Source: Pseudorhodoplanes sinuspersici (lineage in GTDB: Bacteria > Pseudomonadota > Alphaproteobacteria > Rhizobiales > Xanthobacteraceae). Taken from it: DNA of 64,000 nucleotides. This document shows, one piece after another, positions 9,767-18,879 of this stretch; the first letter of the stretch is position 1, and each line of letters starts with the position of its first letter. The stretch covers positions 2,109 through 66,108 of the forward strand of contig CAMDXM010000001.1 in assembly GCA_945878025.1 (NCBI GenBank), read 5' to 3'. Under the pieces are notes generated by a model, which had not been told where the DNA came from, made no database searches, and worked only from the letters and a program-made list of their open reading frames with translations. The position numbers and the translations under genes are program-made.

Positions 9767-10720
9767 ATGCCGCCGCCCATCGATCTCGGTCCCAAGCCCA
9801 ATCTCGCCTATGCGAATTCGCCGCTCGAACGCGCGGCCGAAAAACGCGGCGACGACGCCGTGCTTGCCTCGTTGCGGGAAGCCGAATCCTGCCTGCATTA
9901 TGTTGTCGGTGGCGAATGGGTGGTGCTGAAGAAAACGCAGAACGGCTTCGATCCGGCCTTCTCGTATTCCGAAATCGGCTCGCTGTTCAGCGAGGCGCAA
10001 ACGCTGTTTCTGGGCCTGCAGGACGATGCCGCGCGGTTCGGCGTCGGGCTCGATCCGCAATTCGCCGAAAGCCTGAAAGCGCGCGACGAATTTCTTGTCA
10101 CCGATCTGCGCTCGATCGCGGTGCAGGGTCTTGTCGCCCATGACCACCTGCCCGCGCTCGCGGAGACCAAGTCGCTCCTGCATTGGCACGCCCGCCACCG
10201 CTTCTGCTCGAATTGCGGCGCGCCGAGCAATATCACGCAGGGCGGCTGGCGGCGCGATTGCCCGCAATGCAACGCCCAGCATTTTCCGCGCACCGATCCG
10301 GTTGCGATCATGCTCGCTTTCGACGGCGACAATTGCCTGCTCGGCCGCTCGGCGCGCTTCGTGGCCAATTCCTATTCGTGCCTCGCAGGCTTCGTCGAGC
10401 CCGGCGAAAGCATCGAAGAGGCAGTGCGGCGCGAGACGCTGGAAGAAGCCGGCATCCGCTGCGGACGCGTGCGCTATTTCGCATCGCAGCCGTGGCCCTT
10501 TCCCTCCTCGCTCATGATCGGCTGCCATGCCGAGGCGATTTCGCAGGACATTACGATCGACCGCACCGAACTCGAAGATGCGCGCTGGTTCAGCCGCGAT
10601 GAAACCGCCAGCATGCTGATGAGGCGGCATCCGCAGGGCCTGATCACGCCGCCGCCCTCGGCGATCGCTCATCACATCATCCGCGCATGGGTCGAAGATG
10701 GCGCCCGCGTCCTCGGCTAA
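9767..10720 (+). CDS. nudC: NAD(+)/NADH pyrophosphatase
   Basis: Zn finger FCSNCG...CPQC, Nudix box GF.EPGESIEEAVRRETLEEAG, SQPWPFP. Confidence 0.95.
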   Translation: MPPPIDLGPKPNLAYANSPLERAAEKRGDDAVLASLREAESCLHYVVGGEWVVLKKTQNGFDPAFSYSEIGSLFSEAQTLFLGLQDDAARFGVGLDPQFAESLKARDEFLVTDLRSIAVQGLVAHDHLPALAETKSLLHWHARHRFCSNCGAPSNITQGGWRRDCPQCNAQHFPRTDPVAIMLAFDGDNCLLGRSARFVANSYSCLAGFVEPGESIEEAVRRETLEEAGIRCGRVRYFASQPWPFPSSLMIGCHAEAISQDITIDRTELEDARWFSRDETASMLMRRHPQGLITPPPSAIAHHIIRAWVEDGARVLG

Positions 10721-11645
10721 GCCTTCGCGCGCGAAGGTCATTCTTTGCGCGGGAATCGCGGTCATCGATTACATCTTCCAGGTCGATGCGCTGCCGAAGT
10801 CGGACACCAAGAACCGCGCCACCGCGCTTCGGATTTCGAGCGGCGGCAACATGGCCAACGCCGCGGTCGCCATCGTCCGGCTCGGCGCGCAGGCGCGTCT
10901 TGCCACGCCGCTCGGCGGGCCCGCCGGCGCCGATCTTGCGGGCGACGCAATCCTCAATTGTCTGGAGCGCGAGCATGTCGAGCATTCGGCGGTCGTGCGG
11001 CTTGCTGGCGTGCATTCATCCACCTCGGCAATCCTGGTCGAGCCGGGCGGAGAGCGCTCGATCATCAATTATCGCGACGAAGCGCTCGCCAAGGCGCGCG
11101 TCGATGATCCCGCGACGCTCATCGAGAGCGCCGACGCCGTTCTGATCGACAATCGCTTTCCGGAATTTTCGCTTCCTGTCGCGCGAGCCGCGCAAAAGAG
11201 CGGCAAGATCGTGCTGATGGATGCCGACGACCCGACGCGCGAGACCGATGCGCTGCTCAATGCGTGCTCGCATGTGGTCTTTTCCTCGCATGGACTACGC
11301 AACACGGCGCAGATGCAGGATTTCGAAGCCGGGCTCAACAATATTGCGAAGCGCACCGGCGCTCTGCTCGCGGTCACCGATGGAGCGAACGGATTTTGGT
11401 GGCATGACGGCGGCGATGTCCGTCACATCGCGGCCCATCCGGTCCGGGCCGTGGACACGCTCGGCGCCGGAGATGTCTTTCATGGGGCCTGTATTCTGGC
11501 GCTGGCCGAAGGACAGGATTTCGAACGGGCGCTCCGTTTCGCGGCGGCGGCATCCGCGATCAAATGCACGCGGTTCGGCGGGGTCGCCGGGACCCCGACA
11601 CGAATAGAGGTCGACGCTTTCCTTGAATCTGCCGGCTCCCGCTGA
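10698..11645 (+). CDS. PfkB family carbohydrate kinase (sulfofructose-kinase/YihV-like)
   Basis: GGNMANAAVAI.RLG and DTLGAGDVFHGA signatures. Confidence 0.88.
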   Translation: MAPASSAKPSRAKVILCAGIAVIDYIFQVDALPKSDTKNRATALRISSGGNMANAAVAIVRLGAQARLATPLGGPAGADLAGDAILNCLEREHVEHSAVVRLAGVHSSTSAILVEPGGERSIINYRDEALAKARVDDPATLIESADAVLIDNRFPEFSLPVARAAQKSGKIVLMDADDPTRETDALLNACSHVVFSSHGLRNTAQMQDFEAGLNNIAKRTGALLAVTDGANGFWWHDGGDVRHIAAHPVRAVDTLGAGDVFHGACILALAEGQDFERALRFAAAASAIKCTRFGGVAGTPTRIEVDAFLESAGSR

Positions 11646-11656
11646 TTTTCCTTGAA

Positions 11657-11713
11657 ATAGAATATTTTTCTATATAGAGAAGAATTTCTATCCCACAGAG
11701 ATTTTAATTCTCT
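11657..11713. promoter_or_regulatory. AT-rich palindromes, candidate Lrp/AsnC operator sites
   Basis: ATAGAA-tattt-TTCTAT (11657-73), ATAGAgA-N4-TtTCTAT (11674-91), AGAGA-N7-TCTCT (11697-713) immediately upstream of the Lrp gene. Confidence 0.5.
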
Positions 11714-11732
11714 TCAGTGCCGGATTCCAGTC

Positions 11733-12185
11733 ATGGACGCTATCGACAAGAAAATCCTCGCCACCTTGCAGGAAGACGCCTCGCTTTCGGTCGCCGAAAT
11801 CGGCCAGCGGGTCGGATTGTCCTCGACCCCCTGCTGGAAACGGATCCAGAAACTGGAAGCGGACGGGGTGATCCAGAAACGCGTCGCGCTGGTCGACCAA
11901 GTCAAGATCGGGCTCGGCATCACCGTGTTCGTGTCGATCGAGACCGGCGATCACTCGCAGGAATGGCTCGCGCGCTTCGCCGATACGATCAGCGCGATGC
12001 CCGAAGTGATGGAATTCTACCGCATGGCGGGCGATGTCGATTACATGCTGCGCGTCGTCGTCGCCGACATGCAATCCTATGACACGTTCTACAAAAAGCT
12101 GATCGCGGCGGCGCCCCTGAAGAACGTCACCTCGCGTTTCGCGATGGAGAAAATCAAGTCGACGACCCTGCTGCCGATCCCGTGA
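11733..12185 (+). CDS. Lrp/AsnC family transcriptional regulator (DecR-like)
   Basis: D.IDKKIL..LQ.DA.LS, VGLS.TPCWKRIQKLE..GVI, YRMAGDVDY. Confidence 0.93.
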   Translation: MDAIDKKILATLQEDASLSVAEIGQRVGLSSTPCWKRIQKLEADGVIQKRVALVDQVKIGLGITVFVSIETGDHSQEWLARFADTISAMPEVMEFYRMAGDVDYMLRVVVADMQSYDTFYKKLIAAAPLKNVTSRFAMEKIKSTTLLPIP

Positions 12186-12200
12186 CCGGCCGGCCTCGCC

Positions 12201-12773
12201 TTACGACGCTGTGCGCGTGATGGTGTCCGACAGCCGCGGACGCATGAAAATCTGATCTTTCAGATTCATGGTGCCGGTCAGGACATAACCGACCACCGGC
12301 TTGTATTCGTACGACACTTCGCCCCACACGAGCGACGTATTGGGCACGACAAGCGCGCTCGGGATCGACACCGTGGAGCCCACGGCGCGCGCGGTGCCGT
12401 TGAGCGTATCGCTCCAGGTAACGGTCACCTTGCTGTTGGCGTCGATCTTGAGCACCGAGACGGTGACTTTCGCTTTGTTGGTCGGATAGGGCGAGAGCAC
12501 GGCGGTGGTCGCCTGCAGGATGCTGTTCATGCCGGCATTGTTGACGCTTGCGACCTGAGACGTCAGGTCGGTCACGGTGCGCGCGGTCAGCGTCACTTTG
12601 CGATCGATGCTGACACCCTGCGAGACCTCGACGCCGCCGAGATAAAGAGTCAGCATCAGCGGCAATATCAGAGCGAATTCAACCGCCGACACGCCGCGTT
12701 CATCCTTCGCGAGCCGGATCAGCCGGCGCGGAATGCATTTCATGATGGCTGAACGCAACATGGCAGGCCTCAT
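12201..12773 (-). CDS. TadE/TadG-like pseudopilin
   Basis: DERGVSAVEFAL N-terminal motif; start set at the ATG overlapping the upstream stop (12773). Confidence 0.85.
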   Translation of the reverse strand: MRPAMLRSAIMKCIPRRLIRLAKDERGVSAVEFALILPLMLTLYLGGVEVSQGVSIDRKVTLTARTVTDLTSQVASVNNAGMNSILQATTAVLSPYPTNKAKVTVSVLKIDANSKVTVTWSDTLNGTARAVGSTVSIPSALVVPNTSLVWGEVSYEYKPVVGYVLTGTMNLKDQIFMRPRLSDTITRTAS

Positions 12774-13339
12774 TGATAGGGCTCGTTGCGGAAGGCCGAG
12801 GTCGCGACGATCAGGCGCTTGCCGCCGGCCATGTCGGCAAGATTGAGACCCAGCAGCGACACATAGACCGGATATTGATAGAGCAGCCGCACCACGACGA
12901 TGTCGCCCGGGCCGCCGGGCGCGTATGTGAAATTGTTGACCAGATTGCCGTTCGCGTCGATCGGCTTGGTCAGATCGACGCTGCTGAACGACGTATAGGT
13001 GCGCACGTCCACCTGCACGCCGGCCGAGCAATTGAACAGCCCGAAAATCTTCTTGCAGACTTCGGTCTTGAACTTGGCCTGATCGAAGCCCTGCGTCTGC
13101 GCCTGCCCGGTCATGATCAGCCGCGCGGAATCCGCGACAGCGGTTTCGAGCGTCTGTCCGGCAAAAAACACCACGGCGGTTTCCATGATCGCGAACACCA
13201 GCGCCAGAAACGGCGCGGCGACCAGGCCGAACTCGACCGCGGCGGCGCCGTCATTCTGCCGCGCAAACCGGCGCGCAACCCTCAACCGCAAAAAGCGCAT
13301 CGCGCGCAATGCAAGCGTCTTTCTCGTGAGAGCAGTCAT
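12770..13339 (-). CDS. TadE family pseudopilin
   Basis: DGAAAVEFGL motif followed by a hydrophobic helix; C-terminal FRNEPY. Confidence 0.9.
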   Translation of the reverse strand: MTALTRKTLALRAMRFLRLRVARRFARQNDGAAAVEFGLVAAPFLALVFAIMETAVVFFAGQTLETAVADSARLIMTGQAQTQGFDQAKFKTEVCKKIFGLFNCSAGVQVDVRTYTSFSSVDLTKPIDANGNLVNNFTYAPGGPGDIVVVRLLYQYPVYVSLLGLNLADMAGGKRLIVATSAFRNEPYQ

Positions 13340-13492
13340 GTCACAATCCCGAAAAGCGGCGATCCAGGTCGCGCCGCAGCCTCATGTATTATCAAAGAGG
13401 CGTTGTCGAATTGTTGAAGGAATGTCGTATTCCGCCAGGGCGGAAATTCACGTTCCGGTAACCACAAGAATCGCCGCCCGCGACACGGGCGC

Positions 13493-14002
13493 TTATTTCA
13501 CGCCGAGCTGCGAGGCGCCCTGAACCTGGCCGAGCCAGGTTCCGGTCTGGGACAGGTTGCCGCCGAAGAAAGCCGCGGAATCGCCGAGCGTCACGCGCGG
13601 CTCGCAGAACGGCGCGCAGCTATAGGTTTCGCGCTGCATCCCGCGATAGACCACGACCGTGCTGGCATAGGGCCCTTTGACCCGCACCAGCTTTTCCATC
13701 AGCGTCGCGCCGGTGCGATCGAGCGCAATGAGGTTGGTGACGCCATAACCCTTGCCGGTCACCACCATCAGCCCGCCGGGCTGGATCGACGCGTCCGCGA
13801 TCATGGGATTGCCGATCACAATGGTTGAAACGCGTTCGGGCAGCTTGACGAGGCGGGCCTGATCGAGAATGACGCCGATATCGTCGCCGTCTCCGCTCCC
13901 GTCCGCCAAAGCCGGGCTATAGGCGACGAAAACCATCGCGACAACGGAAACGGCGAGGCAAAGAAAGCGCTCGCAGCGGCAACGCTCGACCAAGGCCGTC
14001 AT
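13493..14002 (-). CDS. Pilus assembly protein with secretin N-terminal-like (T2SS/T3SS pil_N) domain
   Basis: Signal peptide, LDQARLVKLP, IVIGNP.IAD, GKGYG.TNLIALD, YSC.P.C; located in the tad locus. Confidence 0.8.
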   Translation of the reverse strand: MTALVERCRCERFLCLAVSVVAMVFVAYSPALADGSGDGDDIGVILDQARLVKLPERVSTIVIGNPMIADASIQPGGLMVVTGKGYGVTNLIALDRTGATLMEKLVRVKGPYASTVVVYRGMQRETYSCAPFCEPRVTLGDSAAFFGGNLSQTGTWLGQVQGASQLGVK

Positions 14003-14264
14003 TTCTGCTCTCCGCACGCGACGCAACACGCGACATACACACAAGCGGCGGTTACGAAATAAAATTCGCGATCCGCCGAGGGCGACTTCACTTTAAATTG
14101 GTGAATGAAATGCAAATGCACTCGGCGCGTTTGCGCGCATGCCGGCGAGGCGCATTTCGTTGCATCACGACCGGCTCTCCGCGCGGTTTCGGAAAGCGCT
14201 GCAATCAAAGGACTTCTGTATGCCGCAAAACACGATTGCAATGTCGATGCATCGCGCAATCGAA

Positions 14265-14277
14265 CATTAACCACGAA
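14265..14277. promoter_or_regulatory. CtrA-like half site upstream of flp1
   Basis: CATTAACCACGAA, identical to the 13-mer upstream of cpaB. Confidence 0.5.
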
Positions 14278-14422
14278 CAAACAACGCGTCCGATCCGTGA
14301 GTTTCATCGGCCGAATTAACTGAGCCGCAATTGCGCGCTGTTACGTTGCGGCATGGTTCGATGAACGGCAAAAACGGTCACGGACCAGCTCAGACAGCCA
14401 CGTGTGGATCAAGGAGCCTACT

Positions 14423-14587
14423 ATGAAGAATCTCGTTTCGCGTTTCGTGTCGGACGAATCCGGCGCGACCGCCATTGAATACGGCCTCATCGCCGCCGGC
14501 ATCTCGGTTGCGATCATCGCTGTCGTGCAGGGTCTCGGCTCGAAGCTGAAGACGACCTTCACGTCGGTTCAGAACGCCCTCAACTAA
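14423..14587 (+). CDS. flp: Flp family type IVb pilin (copy 1)
   Basis: DESG|ATAIEYGLIAA; AAGGAG SD before the ATG at 14423. Confidence 0.95.
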   Translation: MKNLVSRFVSDESGATAIEYGLIAAGISVAIIAVVQGLGSKLKTTFTSVQNALN

Positions 14588-14610
14588 TCGGCGGCGTTCA
14601 AGGTCAGCGA

Positions 14611-14642
14611 AAGGCTCTGGCGCAACTCGCCGGAGCCTTTTT
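14611..14642 (+). terminator. Rho-independent terminator after flp1
   Basis: AAGGCTCTGGCG-caact-CGCCGGAGCCTT followed by a T-run. Confidence 0.75.
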
Positions 14643-14803
14643 GCATTTGGGACAAGCCGGCGCGCGGATGCGGGCGGAACGGATCGAAAAAAGTCGCGAA
14701 TTTTCCATCAAAGTCGATGTTTTCGCATTACGGAACTTTCAAGGCTCGAACCTAGGGTCGCGAATGACCGGCAGAAGTCGGTTCGTGTCATTCGGAGGAT
14801 TAA

Positions 14804-14965
14804 ATGATCTCACTGAAGAAGTTCATTCGCGACGAATCCGGCGCTACGGCCATTGAATATGGCCTGATCGCCGCCGGCATTTCGGTGGCCATTATCGCTG
14901 TGGTGCAGGGTCTCGGCTCCAAGCTGCAGACGACCTTCACGTCGGTTCAGAACGCCTTGAACTAA
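14804..14965 (+). CDS. flp: Flp family type IVb pilin (copy 2; absent from ORF track, 53 aa)
   Basis: Translated by hand: MISLKKFIRDESGATAIEYGLIAAGISVAIIAVVQGLGSKLQTTFTSVQNALN*; GGAGG SD at 14794-98. Confidence 0.95.
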   Translation: MISLKKFIRDESGATAIEYGLIAAGISVAIIAVVQGLGSKLQTTFTSVQNALN

Positions 14966-14987
14966 CGCACGCATAGTCTGTCTGCGC

Positions 14988-15039
14988 AAAGGGCGCCACG
15001 CGATCCGGACAATGAACCGGGCTCACGCGGCGCCCTTTT
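14988..15039 (+). terminator. Terminator-like hairpin after flp2
   Basis: AAAGGGCGCC...GGCGCCCTTTT stem with a long structured loop. Confidence 0.6.
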
Positions 15040-15115
15040 CATTTCGCGCTAACGGAACGGCAAGGCTCTTTTTCTATTGTTCCGGACACCGGTTCCAATT
15101 CGAGACGTGCGTGCG

Positions 15116-15631
15116 ATGACTTTTGCCTTGACCGACGCGATCCGCCTGCTGCTGTTTCCCGCGCTGATGGCCTTCGCGGCCTCGAGCGATCTGTTCACGA
15201 TGACCATTTCCAACCGCGTCTCGCTTGCGCTGGTGGTGGGATTCGCGGCGATGGCCCTCGCGGCCGGAATGAGCGGCCACGACGTCCTGTCCCATATCGG
15301 GGCGGGCGCGGCCGTTCTGACGGTGACTTTCATATTCTTCTCGCGCGGATGGATCGGCGGCGGTGACGCCAAGCTCGCGGCGGCGACCGCGCTCTGGCTC
15401 GGCTTCGATCAGTTAATGAATTATCTCCTTTACGCCTCGCTGATCGGCGGCGTGCTGACCTTTCTCGTGATCCGTTTCCGCTTCATGCCGCTTCCCACCG
15501 CGCTCGCCGGCCAGGATTGGGCGCAGCGGCTTCACCGCATGGATGCCGGCGTGCCCTATGGCATCGCGCTCGCAATTTCGGCGCTGCTTGTTTATCCGGA
15601 CACCTTCTGGATGCAGTCATTCGCGAAATGA
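15116..15631 (+). CDS. cpaA: A24 prepilin peptidase CpaA/TadV
   Basis: SDL..MTISN and IGGGDAKL aspartate motifs, VPYGIAL; start approximate. Confidence 0.92.
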   Translation: MTFALTDAIRLLLFPALMAFAASSDLFTMTISNRVSLALVVGFAAMALAAGMSGHDVLSHIGAGAAVLTVTFIFFSRGWIGGGDAKLAAATALWLGFDQLMNYLLYASLIGGVLTFLVIRFRFMPLPTALAGQDWAQRLHRMDAGVPYGIALAISALLVYPDTFWMQSFAK

Positions 15632-15678
15632 CGCGAGCCGCGCAATCAATCCAAAATTAACTCAGGTTGGATACGCCT

Positions 15679-15695
15679 CATTAACCACGAATTGA
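15679..15695. promoter_or_regulatory. CtrA-like box upstream of cpaB
   Basis: TTAA-CCACGAA-TTGA, one mismatch to TTAA-N7-TTAA. Confidence 0.6.
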
Positions 15696-15765
15696 CCTTT
15701 GGGTGGTGAAGTCCTCCCGAAGACGGCCCGTACCGGCTGTCGCGTCGTGTCGAAAGTGAAGCGTG

Positions 15766-16536
15766 ATGAAAGCTGCGCGTCTCGTAGTGCTCGGGGTTGC
15801 GATCGCAGCCGGCGGCTTGGCCGCCCTGCTCGCGGGTGGGTCTGATGAACAGGCCCCGGCCCCCGCACCTGTCGTTCAACTCGATACCGTCGATGTCCTG
15901 ATCGCTCAGAAGGATATCGGCATGGGCCATGCCGTCTCGCCCGACGACGTGAAATGGCAGATGTGGCCCACGGCGGCGGCCGGTCCGAACATGATCCGCA
16001 AGACCGACAAGCCGAATGCGATCGAGGAGATTTCCGGATCGATCGCGCGCGGCACCTTCTCAACCGGAGAGCCGATCCAGGAGGCCAAGCTGATCAAGGC
16101 CAATGGCTCAGGCTACATGGCCGCCGTGCTGCCCAGCGGCATGCGCGGCATCTCCATCGAAATCCTGCCGGAGACCGCCGCCGGCGGATTCATCCTGCCC
16201 GGCGACCATGTCGACGTCATCCTGTCGCGGCGCGACAAGGAGGCCGAGAAAGCGACGCGCGTCGAAACCTTTGTCAGCGAAACAATCCTGAGGAATGTGC
16301 GCGTGCTCGCGATCGACCAGACGGTCGAGGAAAAGAACGGCCAGAAAGTCGTCGTCGGCAAGACCGCCACCATAAAATTGACGCCGCCCCAGACCGAACT
16401 CCTTTCGCGCGGACGCCAGCAGGGAACGCTCTCGCTCGCGCTTCGCAGCATTGTCGACAGCGCCGGCAAGCCCGAAAGCGGCAGCGAGGAAAGCCAAAGC
16501 ACGATCAACATCATCCGCTTCGGCGTCAGCCGATGA
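15766..16536 (+). CDS. cpaB: Flp pilus assembly protein CpaB/RcpC
   Basis: SAF-domain region, GFILPGDHVDVIL, L.NVRVLAIDQ, LSLALRS. Confidence 0.93.
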   Translation: MKAARLVVLGVAIAAGGLAALLAGGSDEQAPAPAPVVQLDTVDVLIAQKDIGMGHAVSPDDVKWQMWPTAAAGPNMIRKTDKPNAIEEISGSIARGTFSTGEPIQEAKLIKANGSGYMAAVLPSGMRGISIEILPETAAGGFILPGDHVDVILSRRDKEAEKATRVETFVSETILRNVRVLAIDQTVEEKNGQKVVVGKTATIKLTPPQTELLSRGRQQGTLSLALRSIVDSAGKPESGSEESQSTINIIRFGVSR

Positions 16537-16616
16537 CCGCGTCCGAAACGAATTCCGATACGCACGATCAACATTTGAAGTCCGGCCACCGAGCGACGCA
16601 GAAAAGGACGAGCAAT

Positions 16617-18140
16617 ATGGCGAAGAGGACATTGATCCGGACCGCATCCTTCGCGGCGCTGATCGCCATTTCGGGCAGCGCGCTCGTCAATCTCGCCGAC
16701 GCCGCCGACCGCGGCAAAGTGATCCCGCGCGCGCCCATCGATGCCCGCGCGCCGATGGATGCCGGCGCCCCGGTCATCCAGGTGGTCGGCAGCGATGAAA
16801 GCTCGCGTTTCGTTCCGCTCGGCATCGGCAAGTCCGTCATTCTCGATCTGCCGCGCGATATCAAGGACGTTCTTGTCGCCGACCCGACCATTGCCAACGC
16901 CGTCATTCGCTCGGCGCGCCGCGCCTACCTGATCGGCGTCAAGGTCGGCCAGACCAACATGTTCTTCTTCGACGCCGAAGGCCGGCAGATCGCCGGCTTC
17001 GACATCGCAGTCAAACGCGATCTCGGCGGTTTGCAGGCGATTCTCAAGCAGGCGATGCCGGGCGCGGACATCCGCGTCGAGGCGGTCGGCGACGGGATCA
17101 TGCTGAGCGGCAGCGTCGCCACGCCCTCCGAGGCGCAGCAGGCTTACGATCTCGCCAACCGTGTCGCCGCCAGCGGCGGCGCCGGCGGATTCAGTTTCGG
17201 CGGCGGCGGCGACGCCAAGGTGATCAACAACATCGTCGTGCGCGGACGCGATCAGGTCATGATCAAGGTCACGGTGGCCGAAGTGCAGCGCGACGTCATC
17301 AAGCAGCTCGGCGTCGATCTCAGCGGATCGCTCAATACCGGCACCGCCGTGGTCAATTTCAACCAGACCAATCCATTCTCCGCTTACGGACAAAGTCTCA
17401 GCGGCAGCAACGTGTCGGCACAAATCCGCAACATCACCGCCACGCTGAAGGCCATGGAGCGCGCCGGCGTCGTGCGCACGCTGGCCGAGCCGAACGTGAC
17501 CGTGGTCTCCGGCGAAACCGGCCTGTTCGTCGCCGGCGGCGAGTTCCCGGTCCCGAACGGATTGTCGTGCGACACCACGAAATCGCCTCCGGTCTGCCAG
17601 CAGCAGATCGATTTCAAGAAATTCGGCGTCAGCCTCTCGTTTACTCCGGTCGTTCTGGGCGAAGGTCGCATCAGCCTGAAAGTCGCGACCGAAGTGTCCG
17701 ACCTGTCGAGCGAGAACGCCATCACGCTCGGCGTGCCCGGCACCAACCAGACGCTGACCATTCCCTCGATCCGCGCGCGGCGCGCCGAAACGGTCATCGA
17801 AGTGCCCTCCGGCGGCTCGCTGGCGATGGCGGGCATGATCCAGGAACAGACCAAGCAGCAGATCAACGGCTTTCCAGGCCTGCAGCAGCTGCCGATCCTC
17901 GGCGCGCTGTTCAAGAGCCGCGACTACATCAACAAGCAGACCGAGCTGATGATTCTGGCGACGCCCTTTGTGGTGCGCGCGGTCGCGCAGAAGGATCTGT
18001 CGCGTCCCGACGACGGTTTCGCCGACGCGCCGGATTCCTCCACCGTGCTGCTCAGCCGCCTGAACAAGATTTACGGCGTCCCGGACAAGGTCGATCCGGC
18101 CCAGGTCTATCGCGGAAATGTCGGCTTCATCATCGACTGA
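16617..18140 (+). CDS. cpaC: Pilus secretin CpaC/RcpA
   Basis: DVLVADP.IA, QVMIKVTVAEVQR, F.AGGEFPVP, LPILGALFKSRD; start 16617 (SD present) or 16533 (ATGA overlap). Confidence 0.93.
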   Translation: MAKRTLIRTASFAALIAISGSALVNLADAADRGKVIPRAPIDARAPMDAGAPVIQVVGSDESSRFVPLGIGKSVILDLPRDIKDVLVADPTIANAVIRSARRAYLIGVKVGQTNMFFFDAEGRQIAGFDIAVKRDLGGLQAILKQAMPGADIRVEAVGDGIMLSGSVATPSEAQQAYDLANRVAASGGAGGFSFGGGGDAKVINNIVVRGRDQVMIKVTVAEVQRDVIKQLGVDLSGSLNTGTAVVNFNQTNPFSAYGQSLSGSNVSAQIRNITATLKAMERAGVVRTLAEPNVTVVSGETGLFVAGGEFPVPNGLSCDTTKSPPVCQQQIDFKKFGVSLSFTPVVLGEGRISLKVATEVSDLSSENAITLGVPGTNQTLTIPSIRARRAETVIEVPSGGSLAMAGMIQEQTKQQINGFPGLQQLPILGALFKSRDYINKQTELMILATPFVVRAVAQKDLSRPDDGFADAPDSSTVLLSRLNKIYGVPDKVDPAQVYRGNVGFIID

Positions 18141-18168
18141 CGACGTAGCGAAGAGAGAGAAAACGGCA

Positions 18169-18879
18169 ATGACATCTCATATCCTCCCGCTGCGCATTCT
18201 CGCGGTCACAGGCCTCGCGCTTGTGCTGTCCGGCTGCTATGTCCACAAAAATTCCGCCGGCGAAATCCCGAACGACTACCGCAAGCGTCATCCGATCACG
18301 TTGAAGGAAGCCGAGAAGACCGTCGAGATTTTCGTCGGGTCGAATCGCGGCGGCTTGACCGACGGCCAGGGCGCGGACGTCCTCGCCTTCTCGCGTCTCT
18401 GGAAGCGCGAATCGACCGGCGGCATCATCATCGACGTGCCGTCCGGCACGACGAACGAAATCGCCGCCAACGGCGCCTTGCGCGAAATCCGCTCGATTCT
18501 TGTCGCCTCGGGCGTTCCGGACCACGCTGTCAGCATCCGGCCTTATCAGACCGCGCCGAACAAGCTCGCGACCATCAAGCTGAATTTCTCCAAGATCGTC
18601 GCGCAGGCCGGTCCCTGCGGATTGTGGCCGCACGATCTCGGCCCAGCGGCCGATCCCGCCTATCAGGACAACCGCAATTACTGGAATCTCGGTTGCGCCA
18701 CACAACGCAATCTCGCGGCCATGGTCGCCAATCCAGCCGATCTCGTGCAGCCGCGCGGCGAAGATCCGATTTCCACGAACCGGCGCAGCGTCGTTCTGGA
18801 CAAGTACCGCAAAGGCGACGCGACGCCCACCACCTATCGCAACGAAGACCGCGGCAAGCTGAGCGACATTGGCAAATGA
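18169..18879 (+). CDS. cpaD: Pilus assembly lipoprotein CpaD
   Basis: Lipobox LSGC, DYRKRHPI, N.GCATQRNLAAMVANPADL. Confidence 0.9.
   Translation: MTSHILPLRILAVTGLALVLSGCYVHKNSAGEIPNDYRKRHPITLKEAEKTVEIFVGSNRGGLTDGQGADVLAFSRLWKRESTGGIIIDVPSGTTNEIAANGALREIRSILVASGVPDHAVSIRPYQTAPNKLATIKLNFSKIVAQAGPCGLWPHDLGPAADPAYQDNRNYWNLGCATQRNLAAMVANPADLVQPRGEDPISTNRRSVVLDKYRKGDATPTTYRNEDRGKLSDIGK

Noticed and set aside
14010-14420. Small ORFs (14098-14319, 14105-14323, 13999-14307) in the pil_N/flp1 spacer
   Set aside because: No SD or motifs; the region is better explained as divergent promoters with CtrA-like boxes
14423-14965. Direct repeat of about 130 bp that might suggest an array or assembly duplication
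   Set aside because: It is two pilin genes with synonymous differences and distinct leaders, not CRISPR and not an exact duplicate
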